Position numbers and translations under genes: made by a program
Shown here: positions 1 to 10,283 of the stretch, piece by piece
How positions within the stretch are numbered: position 1 is the stretch's first letter
How the letters are laid out: every line of letters begins with the position of its first letter
Origin: an uncultured Actinomycetes bacterium
GTDB taxonomy: Bacteria; Actinomycetota; UBA4738; HRBIN12
Assembly: GCA_963728735.1 (NCBI GenBank)
Contig: CAVSLX010000021.1
Coordinates: forward strand, 4,518-68,517
Direction: 5' to 3'
Length of the DNA: 64,000 bases
The notes under the pieces: model-generated
The model's database searches: none
The model's input: only the letters and a program-made list of their open reading frames with translations
What the model was told of the DNA's origin: nothing

Positions 1-2700
1 GGCCACCCTCGCCCCCGGTGCCTCCGTCACCTGCACCGGCACCTACGAGGCCGACCAGGGCGACATCGACACCCAGGGCGGCGGCGACAACGACATCGAC
101 AACACCGCGACCGGTGCCTCGAACCAGGTCGACGACATCACCGACTCGGCCTCGGTCCCCGTGGTCAGCAGCCCGGATGCCTCGATCACGAAGACGGTCC
201 TGTCGGTCGATGACGACGACGAGGCTCCGTTCGAAGAGGTCAACGCCGCCGGCGACCTGATCACCTACGAGATCGTCTACACGAACATCGGCAACACGAC
301 GCTCACGGGCGTCGACGTCACCGACCCGCTGCTCACCGGCACCCTCGTGTGCGACCCGGCCACCCCGGCCACCCTCGCCCCCGGGCCTCCGTCACCTGCA
401 CCGGCACCTACGAGGGCCGTCCAGGGCGACATCGACACCCAGGGCGGCGGCGACAACGACATCGACAACACCGCGACCGGTGCCTCGAACCAGGTCGACG
501 ACATCACCGACTCGGCCTCGGTCCCCGTGGTCAGCAGCCCGGATGCCTCGATCACGAAGACGGTCCTGTCGGTCGATGACGACGACGAGGCTCCGTTCGA
601 GGTCAACGCCGCCGGCGACCTGATCACCTACGAGATCGTCTACACGAACATCGGCAACACGACGCTCACGGGCGTCGACGTCACCGACCCGCTGCTCACC
701 GGCAGCCTCGTGTGCGACCCGGCCACCCCGGCCACCCTCGCCCCCGGTGCCTCCGTCACCTGCACCGGCACCTACGAGGCCGTCCAGGGCGACATCGACA
801 CCCAGGGCGGCGGCGACAACGACATCGACAACACCGCGACCGGTGCCTCGAACCAGGTCGACGACATCACCGACTCGGCCTCGGTCCCCGTGGTCAGCAG
901 CCCGGATGCCTCGATCACGAAGACGGTCCTGTCGGTCGATGACGACGACGAGGCTCCGTTCGAGGTCAACGCCGCCGGCGACCTGATCACCTACGAGATC
1001 GTCTACACGAACATCGGCAACACGACGCTCACGGGCGTCGACGTCACCGACCCGCTGCTCACCGGCACCCTCGTGTGCGACCCGGCCACCCCGGCCACCC
1101 TCGCCCCCGGTGCCTCCGTCACCTGCACCGGCACCTACGAGGCCGTCCAGGGCGACATCGACACCCAGGGCGGCGGCGACAACGACATCGACAACACCGC
1201 GACCGGTGCCTCGAACCAGGTCGACGACATCACCGACTCGGCCTCGGTCCCCGTGGTCAGCACCCGGATGCCTCGATCACGAAGACGGTCCTGTCGGTCG
1301 ATGACGACGACGAGGCTCCGTTCGAGGTCAACGCCGCCGGCGACCTGATCACCTACGAGATCGTCTACACGAACATCGGCAACACGACGCTCACGGGCGT
1401 CGACGTCACCGACCCGCTGCTCACCGGCACCCTCGTGTGCGACCCGGCCACCCCGGCCACCCTCGCCCCCGGTGCCTCCGTCACCTGCACCGGCACCTAC
1501 GAGGCCGTCCAGGGCGACATCGACACCCAGGGCGGCGGCGACAACGACATCGACAACACCGCGACCGGTGCCTCGAACCAGGTCGACGACATCACCGACT
1601 CGGCCTCGGTCCCCGTGGTCAGCAGCCCGGATGCCTCGATCACGAAGACGGTCCTGTCGGTCGATGACGACGACGAGGCTCCGTTCGAGGTCAACGCCGC
1701 CGGCGACCTGATCACCTACGAGATCGTCTACACGAACATCGGCAACACGACGCTCACGGGCGTCGACGTCACCGACCCGCTGCTCACCGGCACCCTCGTG
1801 TGCGACCCGGCCACCCCGGCCACCCTCGCCCCCGGTGCCTCCGTCACCTGCACCGGCACCTACGAGGCCGTCCAGGGCGACATCGACACCCAGGGCGGCG
1901 GCGACAACGACATCGACAACACCGCGACCGGTGCCTCGAACCAGGTCGACGACATCACCGACTCGGCCTCGGTCCCCGTGGTCAGCAGCCCGGATGCCTC
2001 GATCACGAAGACGGTCCTGTCGGTCGATGACGACGACGAGGCTCCGTTCGAGGTCAACGCCGCCGGCGACCTGATCACCTACGAGATCGTCTACACGAAC
2101 ATCGGCAACACGACGCTCACGGGCGTCGACGTCACCGACCCGCTGCTCACCGGCACCCTCGTGTGCGACCCGGCCACCCCGGCCACCCTCGCCCCCGGTG
2201 CCTCCGTCACCTGCACCGGCACCTACGAGGCCGTCCAGGGCGACATCGACACCCAGGGCGGCGGCGACAACGACATCGACAACACCGCGACCGGTGCCTC
2301 GAACCAGGTCGACGACATCACCGACTCGGCCTCGGTCCCCGTGGTCAGCAGCCCGGATGCCTCGATCACGAAGACGGTCCTGTCGGTCGATGACGACGAC
2401 GAGGCTCCGTTCGAGGTCAACGCCGCCGGCGACCTGATCACCTACGAGATCGTCTACACGAACATCGGCAACACGACGCTCACGGGCGTCGACGTCACCG
2501 ACCCGCTGCTCACCGGCACCCTCGTGTGCGACCCGGCCACCCCGGCCACCCTCGCCCCCGGTGCCTCCGTCACCTGCACCGGCACCTACGAGGCCGTCCA
2601 GGGCGACATCGACACCCAGGGCGGCGGCGACAACGACATCGACAACACCGCGACCGGTGCCTCGAACCAGGTCGACGACATCACCGACTCGGCCTCGGTC
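1..2700 (+). repeat. Tandem array of a 363-bp (121-codon) unit, at least 7.4 near-identical copies, inside the surface-protein gene
   Basis: The anchor ggccaccctcgcccccggtgcc recurs at 1, 367, 730, 1093, 1455, 1818, 2181 and 2544. Spacing is 363 bp except 366 (extra gaa codon near 233) and 362 (1-nt deletion near 1262). The array runs off the 5' edge of the window and loses identity after ~2700. Confidence 0.97.
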
Positions 2701-4676
2701 CCGATCTTCTACGACCCGGCTGCCGGAGTTCTCGAAGGTCGTGACGTCGATCCGACAAGAGGACCGATCGATCCCACAGAGGTCGTCGAAGCCGGCGACG
2801 TCGATGAACTACAGATCATCTCACGAAGACGGCAACGTGACCCTCACCGGGGTCACGGTCACCGACACGCTGCTTTCGAGCCTGGACTGCACGCCGGCGG
2901 CGCCGGCCACGCTCAGCACGGTGCAGTCGATGTTCTGCACCGGTTCCTACACGGTCACGCAGGCCGACATCGACAACAACGGTGGTGGCGATGGTGACAT
3001 CGACAACACCGCGACGGGCACCTCGAACGAGGTCGACCCGGTCGAGGACTCCGAGACCGCACCGATCGTGCGGGATGCGAGCATCAAGGTCGTAAAGGAA
3101 GTCTCCGTGGACGGGGGCAACACATTCCTCGACGCGAATGATGCCGCTTCTGCCCCGATCGTGGCGGCGGGGAGCTCCGTGATCTACCGATTCACCGTGG
3201 AGAACACGGGGAACGTGACGCTGAAGAGCGTTCTGCTGAGCGACAACCTCTACTCGTTCACCGGGAGCGAGTGCGACTAGTTCCCCGTGTCAGCTCTGGC
3301 ACCTGGAGCTACCACCTCGTGCGAGATCACCCGGGCGATCAACGCTGCGACCGTGACGAACGAGGCAACCGCCACGGGCACACCCGACATCGGGCCAGCC
3401 GAGACCGACAAGGACACCGCGGTCGTGAAGGCGCGGTTCGACCTCACCGTCACCAAGACCGCCACCGGGACGTTGAAGCGGTCGTACACCTGGAGCATCG
3501 ACAAGTCGGCCGACAAGTCGAGCGTCTTCGGTCAGGGCGGCGGATCCACCACGGTGAACTACTCGGTGAAGGTCGACCAGACCGGCTTCACGGATAGCCT
3601 CTGGAAGGTGACGGGCCAGATCACCGTCACGAACCCGAACAACGTGGCCTTCACCGGCGTGACCGTGACCGATGCGGTGGACAATGGTGGCTCCTGCACC
3701 GTCACGAGCGGGACGAATGTGACTGTTCCGGCCAACGGTTCCGTGAACCTCTCGTACGAATGCACGTACGCGAGCAAGCCGGCGAACTACACGGGTCAGA
3801 ACACGGCGACGGCGAGCTGGAACAAGACGACCTACGTCACGCCGAACGCGTCGGCCAACGGATCATCGTCGTTCACGCTCTCGAAGAGTCAGACTGAGAA
3901 CGCCACGATCACGGTAACCGACACGTTCGGCGGCACGACCACCACCCTTGGGAGCGCCACGGCGACGGATGCGGCACCGTTCACGTCGAGGACATTCACC
4001 TACAGCAGGACCTTGGCGGTTCCTGTGGATGACTGCCGCGACTACACGAACACCGCGAACATCACCCAGACGGGCCAGTCGGACTCGTGGACGGTGACGG
4101 TCTGCGGCTCGATGAAGACCGGGGCGAAGACGATCGGCTTCTGGCAGAACAAGAACGGCCAGGACATCATCAGCATCCTACAGCGGGACCAACTGTCAGG
4201 CCCTCCGGACGTGGCTGAACGGCTTCAATCCGTTCAAGGACCTGACAGCGACGAACTGCGCAGGAGTAAAGAGCTACGTGACGAACGTGATCAAGGCGGC
4301 CTCGTCCAGTGGCTCTTCGATGAACCCGATGTTGAAGGCGCAGATGCTCGCCACCGCCTTGGACGTCTACTTCAGCACCCCTGGCTTGGGCGGGAACCGC
4401 ATCGGAGCGTCCGTGCCGATCGGTGGTCTGACCGTCGACCTGACGAAGATCTGCATGATGTCGAGCGGTTCGACCTCCAGCTGCACGGGCTTGTTCTACA
4501 ACGTCAGCGGCGCTTTCGGTGGGGCGACCTCCATGACCGTTCTGCAGATGCTGAACTACGCGTCCAGCCAGTCGAACTCCGGCGGCACCACGTGGTACGG
4601 CAACGTCAAGGCCACCCAGGAGAAGGCGAAGGACGCCTTCGACGCGATCAACAACGAGTGGGTCTTTAGTCCGTAG
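1..4676 (+). pseudogene. Giant cell-surface repeat protein (DUF11 / DUF7507-type modules); 5' end outside the window, frame broken several times
   Basis: ORF pieces join by homology: 161..1348 (f2), 1075..2997 (f1), 2561..3280 (f2), 3287..4669 (f2, after in-frame TAG 3278-3280), 4278..4676 (f3). The unit ITKTVLSVDDDDEAPFEVNAAGDLITYEIVYTNIGNTTLTGVDVTDPLL...LVCDPATPATLAPGASVTCTGTYEAVQGDID fits the DUF11 (TIGR01451-like) plus DUF7507 pattern. The distal part keeps VTVTD/TVTNPN modules. Stop is TAG 4674-4676. No LPXTG motif seen. Confidence 0.85.
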
Positions 4677-4699
4677 CTAGGTAGGTAGCAGACACCGAC

Positions 4700-4726
4700 G
4701 GGGGCCCCGCCTAGGCTGGGGCCCCC
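4700..4726 (+). terminator. GC-rich hairpin downstream of the surface-protein gene (no T-tract)
   Basis: gggggcccc / ggggccccc form a perfect 9-bp stem around the loop gcctaggct, 24 nt after the stop codon. Confidence 0.4.
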
Positions 4727-4755
4727 AGTCGTTCTGGAGCAGTTCGGAGGATGGA

Positions 4756-5556
4756 GTGCGAAGTTCCGTCAGGCCTGCTCGCCCGCTCAAGCTAGCGCTC
4801 CTCGCCATCATCGGTGGAGCTGCGGTTCTTGTCGGTGTTCTGGCGATGCCGTGGATCGTGTCCGAGGGTTTTTCTGTCGGCTCGACCACCATCGATGGCC
4901 GGATGAATGGCTCGGATATCGAGCTGGGAGTAGTTGCGGTTGGTGCTGGCGCTGCGGCCGTTGTCCTCGGGCTCGCACTCCTTGTGGTCCCTGCAGGTAG
5001 ACGGATCTGGTCCGCACTGCTCATCCTCGCGGGTGGTGTAGCGGTGGCGATAGCGGTCACCACGATGTCGGAAGTGACCGACACGTACATCAACTTCGCC
5101 CTGTCAATGGCGGGCGTCTCCTCTGACGAAGAGGTGGCGGTTCGATCTTCGCTCGAAGCTCTCTTCGAGGTGAGTGATGTAGGCGTTGCATCCGGCCTCG
5201 GTGTCTACGCCGCTCTTGGTGGAGGCATCGTCGTGATCCTGGCAGGTGTCGCGGGGATGTTCGTCCGACGTGGGCAAGGCGATGCCTCTCAGCCGGTCGG
5301 TGTCTCCGAGCCTGGGCGAGAGAGAGCGGAGTCACTCGAGGTGCCCCCTCAGGCCGGCTCGGTCCTTGCAGAGCCGGACCACGCTCCACTCGACGACGTC
5401 TCGGAGGAACGATCCGCCCCCGGCGAGCAGAGCAAGCTCGCGGGCGAGACACCCATGGAGGAACCGCCTGAGGCCCAGCCTGCGGAGGCTCCTGAAGAAG
5501 ACGCTCAGCCCGCGGAGCCGAAGAGGCGGCCGCTCGGCGACACCTGGTCCGCCTGA
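4756..5556 (+). CDS. Polytopic membrane protein with an acidic Pro/Glu-rich C-terminal tail (hypothetical)
   Basis: Intact 266-aa ORF with GTG start preceded by ggagg (4746-4750). It has at least four hydrophobic spans (LALLAIIGGAAVLVGVLA, VVAVGAGAAAVVLGLALLVV, ALLILAGGVAVAIAVTT, VYAALGGGIVVILAGVAGMF), then the tail EEPPEAQPAEAPEEDAQPAEP. No family recognised. Confidence 0.6.
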   Translation: MRSSVRPARPLKLALLAIIGGAAVLVGVLAMPWIVSEGFSVGSTTIDGRMNGSDIELGVVAVGAGAAAVVLGLALLVVPAGRRIWSALLILAGGVAVAIAVTTMSEVTDTYINFALSMAGVSSDEEVAVRSSLEALFEVSDVGVASGLGVYAALGGGIVVILAGVAGMFVRRGQGDASQPVGVSEPGRERAESLEVPPQAGSVLAEPDHAPLDDVSEERSAPGEQSKLAGETPMEEPPEAQPAEAPEEDAQPAEPKRRPLGDTWSA

Positions 5557-5738
5557 GATCGAAAGGCCGACGCACCGCCGAAAACTTGAGCGTCTGCCGA
5601 TAGTTCAGGCCCTTCGGCCTACCGATCGTCGCCCTTCGTCCGGTGCGCTTCTCTGCGCTGTAGCGCAACCTTGGCGGAGGTCGTCACCCGAATGGCTGAC
5701 GACAGCTCTACGGGCTCCGAACAACAGGAGGATCACTG

Positions 5739-8700
5739 ATGAGGTCTCGGCTCCGAGCGCGCACGGCAGGACTGGTGACGGTACTGGCCATGCTGCTCTC
5801 GATCGCGGTTCCGTTCGGGGGTGCGCCCGCGTTCGGGGCGTCCGTGTCGTCGGCGACGTTCACCGGCGGGGCGGGCACCGTCGTTTCCGGGGGAACCCTC
5901 TATGCGAAGAACGGAGGCGCCCTCACCTTGACGGTGGTCACGTCGAGCGACACGCGATGCGTCAAGCTCACGGGGGCACACACCGACAAGCAAACGTCGG
6001 CAACCGCCAAGACGAGCTGGAGCTTCACCCTCACCGCGGGCACCGGCAACGGCATCCAGACGGTGACCGCGACGGCGCGCCCGAGCATCAACACAGGGCA
6101 ATTGCACAGGCACACCGGGGTCGAGCACCGCTTCCTACCAGCTCGACAACGCCGGGCCCATCGTGACCGGCTCGCTGACGCCTGCGCCCAACGGCGGCCG
6201 GTTGGAACAAGGCCAACGTCACGATCACTTGGAGCGCGACCGACGCCGGTTCTGGCGTCGGGTCCGGCCCCACGCCTGCGTCCGACTCGGTGAGCGCGAA
6301 CACCGCCGGCGTGACGAAGACGACGACCGCCGCGGACCTGCTCGGCAACGTCGGCACCGGTGAGATCACCGTGAAGCTCGACAAGTCGGCGCCGACGATC
6401 ACCAGCAGCCGGTCGCCGGCCGCGAACGCGAACGGCTGGAACAACTCCGACGTCACCGTGAGCTTCTCCTGCGCCGACGGCCCGTCGGGCATCAAGAGCT
6501 GCACCGGCTCGACGCACGCTCGCCGGCAACGGCGCCGGCCAGTCGGTCACGGGCACGGCCGTCGACAACGCCGACAACAGCGCATCCACCACGGTCTCGG
6601 ACATCAACATCGACAAGGTGGCTCCCACCCTCGCAGGGGCGCCGACGAGCGCGCCGAACGCCGCCGGGCTGGTACAGCGGCGACGTCACCATCGCGTGGA
6701 CGTGCGCCGACGCCCACTCGGGGATCGACGGGGCCTGCCCCGGCGAACACCCCGATCTCGGGTGAAGGCGTGGGTCTGACCTCGAGCGCTTCGGTCGAGC
6801 GACCTCGCCGGCAACACGACGAACGCGACGAGCGCACCGGCCGTGAAGATCGACCGGACGTCACCCATCACGACCGCGTCGGCCCCGACGGGCTGGACCA
6901 ACACGGACGTCACGGTGACCCTGACGCCGTCCGACGCCCTGTCGGGCGTCGCGCAGACGTACTACGAGCTCGACGGCGGCGCGACCCAGACCGGCACCTC
7001 GGTGTCGATCTCGGACGAAGGTGCGCACACGCTCGAGTACTGGAGCAGGGACGAGGCGGGCAACGTGGAGGATCGCAACTCGGTCCAGGTCCGCATCGAC
7101 AGGACCGCGCCGACGATCGGGCACACGCTGTCCCCGGCGGCCAACGCGTACGGCTGGCACAAGGCATCCGTCATCGTGAGCTTCTTGTGCAACGACGGGC
7201 TCTCCGGCATCGCATCGTGCACCGACCCTCAGCTGGTCGAGATCGAGGGACCGGATCAGGTCGTGACCGGAACCGCCGTGGATGAGGCCGGCAACAGCGC
7301 GACGGACGACGCGTCCGTGAGCATCGACCTGACCCCTCCGACGATCTCCGCCGCGGCCGACCGGGCACCGAACACCAACGGCTGGTATGACGCCGACGTG
7401 GACGTCAGCTTCGTGTGCGCCGACGCCCTGTCGGGCATCCTTGAGTGTCCCTCCACCGAGACGGTCGGTGAGGGTGCCGATCGGTCCGCGTCCGGCACCG
7501 TCGAGGACGCGGCAGGCAACAGCGCGACCGCTGCCGTGACGGGCCTGAACGTCGACGAGACCCCGCCGACCCTGAGCGGGGCGCCGACCGACGCACCGAA
7601 CGCCGACGGCTGGTACCGGGACGACGTCGTGATCACATGGACCTGCGAGGACGCCCTGTCGGGGATCGACGGGTCGTGCCCGGCCGACAGCACGATCGGC
7701 GGCGAGGGTCACGATCTGTCCGCGAGCGCCTCGGTCTCGGACCTCGCCGGCAACGCGACGGCTGCGGACGTTACCGGCATCAAGATCGACCGGACCGCTC
7801 CGACCACGTCGGCGAGTTTGCCCGCCCCGCTCGAGAGCGGCTGGTACGCCGACCCGGTCGAGGTCACACTGAACGCGCTCGACGCGCTGTCCGACGTCGA
7901 GGCCACCCGCTACTCGGTGAACGGCGGCCCCGCGCAGCTGTACGCGGGTCCATTCACGCACAGTCTCGGCGGTACCAGCACGATCACGTTCTGGAGCACG
8001 GACCAGGCGGGCAACGTCGAAGACGAGAGCGCACCCGGCCACTCGATCACGCTGAAGATCGACGACGTGAAGCCGACGATCACCGGCAGCCGCTCACCCG
8101 CGGCCAACGTCTTCGGCTGGAACAACGAGTCCGTCGCTGGTGAGCTTCGGCTGCTTCGACGAGGAGTCGGGCGTCGCGGCCTGCAGCGACGCGCTGTCGC
8201 TCGAGGACGAGGGTCCGGGTCAGAGCGTGACCGGCTTCGCGATGGACGTCGCTGGCAACGCGAACAGCGCGACCGTGGACGACATCAACATCGACCTCAC
8301 GGCCCCGACCCTGACCGGCTCGGCCACCACGCCTCCGAACGCCAACGGTTGGTACGCGGGCGATGTCACGATCGCCTGGACCGGCCAGGACGGCCTTTCG
8401 GGCATCGACCCGGGCACGCAGCCCGAGGACAGCGTGATCAGCGGCGAGGGATCGGACCTCGGCGCCTCGGCGAGCATCGCCGACAAGGCGGGCAACCTGG
8501 GCAACGGATCCGTGACCGGCATCAAGATCGACCGAGGCGCACCGACGATCTCGGGCGCGACGGTGAACGACGACGGCACACCGCGGTCGGCGAACGGCGC
8601 GGGGTGGTTCGGCAGCGCGGTGCGCGTGCGCTTCACGTGCGACGACACGCTCTCCGGCGTCGAGAACTGCGCGAGCGACGCCGTCTTGATGGACGACGGT

Positions 8701-10152
8701 GCGAACCAGAGCGCATCCGGTGACGTGACGGACAAGGCGGGCAACACCGCCTCGACGGCCGTGACCGGGATCAACGTCGACAGTCAGGCGCCGACGACGA
8801 CCGCCGACGCCACATGCACCTTGAAGAACGGCTGGTGCTCCGGGGACGCCGCGACGGTGACCCTCTCGGCCACGGATCAGGCTGGTCTGTCCGGCGTGAA
8901 GGAGATCAGGTACCAGATCGATGCGGGCGCGTGGGAGACGTCGCCGGGCTCGAGCGTCGACGTCGCCGTGCCGCTCGCCGAGGACAGCGGCGAGGCCACG
9001 GTGAGGTTCTTCGCGGTGGACGACGCCGACAACGCCGAGCTGCAGAAGGGCGTGTCCCTGCTGTTCGACAACGTGGCGCCGACCGTGACCGCCACGCTCG
9101 ACCCGACGCCGAACGCGGCGGGTTGGAACAACGACGACGTCACCGTGACCTTCGATGCGGAGGACGACGAGGGGGGCTCGGGCGTGGACGCTGACGCGCT
9201 CACCGCGCCGACGACGATCAGCGGCGAGACCTCGGGGACCGCCGTCAGCGGCTCCGCGTTGGACCTCGCCGGCAACCTGGGCACGACCGTCGTGACCGTC
9301 AAGCTCGACAAGACCGACCCGACGATCACGGGCGCGACGACCACGTCGCCGAACGCGGGCGGATGGTTCAACGGACCCGTGACCGTCCACTTCGAGTGCG
9401 ACGACGGGCGCTCCGGCATCGCCGTCTGCCCCGCGGACATGGTGTTGTCGGGCGACGGTGAGGACCAGTCGGTCACCGGCACCGCGATCGACAACGCCGG
9501 CAACAGCGACTCGTACACGGTGTCGGGCATCGACATCGACGCCACGGCGCCGACGATCGACTCGGTGAGTCCGGCCAACGGATCGATCCATACGCTGGGC
9601 GACGTGCCACAGAAGGCGTGTCAGGCCAGCGACGGCGGGTCGAGCCTCGCCGGACCGTGCTCGATCGTCGTGACCGGCGGCCAGCCGAACGGCGTGGGGA
9701 CGTTCTCGTTCGTCGCCACGGCGACCGACGAGGCGGGCAACACCTCGACGAGCGCAGGTTCCTATCAGGTGATCTACCGGTTCGACGGTTTCCGCCAGCC
9801 GATCAACGGGACCGCCCACCAGGCCGGCACGGCGCCGGACTTCAGCGTCTTCAAGGCGGGCAGCACGGTTCCGGCGAAGCTCCAGCTGAAGCGGGCCGAC
9901 GGGACGATCGTGCAGGCCAACTCGCTGCCGCAGTGGCTCACACCGGTCAAGGGAAGCCCGATGTCGGCACCCGTCGACGAGTCCGTGTACACGGTGGCGG
10001 CGACGAGCGGGTCCACCTACCGCTGGGACGCGACCGACCAGCAGTACATCTACAACTGGGGCACGCCGAAGGCCGGCAACGGCTTCTTCTGGAGGATCGG
10101 CGTGCAGCTCGACGACGGCCGCACCTACTACGTCAACATCGGCCTGAAGTAA
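5739..10152 (+). pseudogene. Giant secreted Ig-like-repeat protein with a PxKF-like C-terminal domain; frame broken several times
   Basis: ATG 5739 follows aggagg (5725-5730). Signal peptide is MRSRLRARTAGLVTVLAMLLSIAVPFGGAPAFG/AS. Pieces are 5739..6293 (f3), 6290..~6510 (f2), 6843..~8130 (f3) and 8140..10152 (f1), with extra shifts at ~6100-6830. There are at least 12 diverged ~90-aa modules of the form D.TAPT(I/L)...PNANGW(Y/N)..DV.V.F.C.D.LSG(I/V)..C...EG...SG...D.AGN. The C-terminus YRFDGFRQPIN...FKAGSTVPAKLQL is reminiscent of PxKF domains. Stop is TAA 10150-10152. Confidence 0.8.
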
Positions 10153-10172
10153 CTGATCGCCCGCATCAAGGT

Positions 10173-10207
10173 CGAACGGGCCGGTCCCTCGAGGGGCCGG
10201 CCGTTCG
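10173..10207 (+). terminator. Strong hairpin after the Ig-like-repeat gene
   Basis: cgaacgggccggtccc-tcga-ggggccggccgttcg forms a 15-bp stem with one bulge, 21 nt after the stop. No T-run follows. Confidence 0.4.
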
Positions 10208-10247
10208 TCGTCCTGGGCACCAGAAAAGGGGAGGGCAGCCTTCCCCT

Positions 10248-10267
10248 TGTCTACCGGACGGTAGACA
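10248..10267. promoter_or_regulatory. 20-bp near-perfect palindrome (candidate TetR-type operator) next to a -10-like cataat, just upstream of the reductase gene
   Basis: tgtctaccgg/acggtagaca matches 9 of 10 positions per half-site. cataat lies at 10271-10276, and the GTG at 10284 is about 7 nt further on, which fits a leaderless mRNA. Confidence 0.35.
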
Positions 10268-10283
10268 GTGCATAATCTGCCGC

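Noticed and set aside
1-2700. Regular repeats as a possible CRISPR array (also the 26-bp repeats at 32353-32445)
   Set aside because: The 363-bp units are contiguous coding repeats with no spacers. The 26-bp units are also directly adjacent with no unique spacers. No cas genes are present.
9618-10283. N-terminal 222 codons of ORF 9618..11327 as part of the reductase gene
   Set aside because: This stretch overlaps the end of the Ig-like-repeat gene and crosses its terminator hairpin. Reductase homology begins only after the GTG at 10284, which has promoter-like context.
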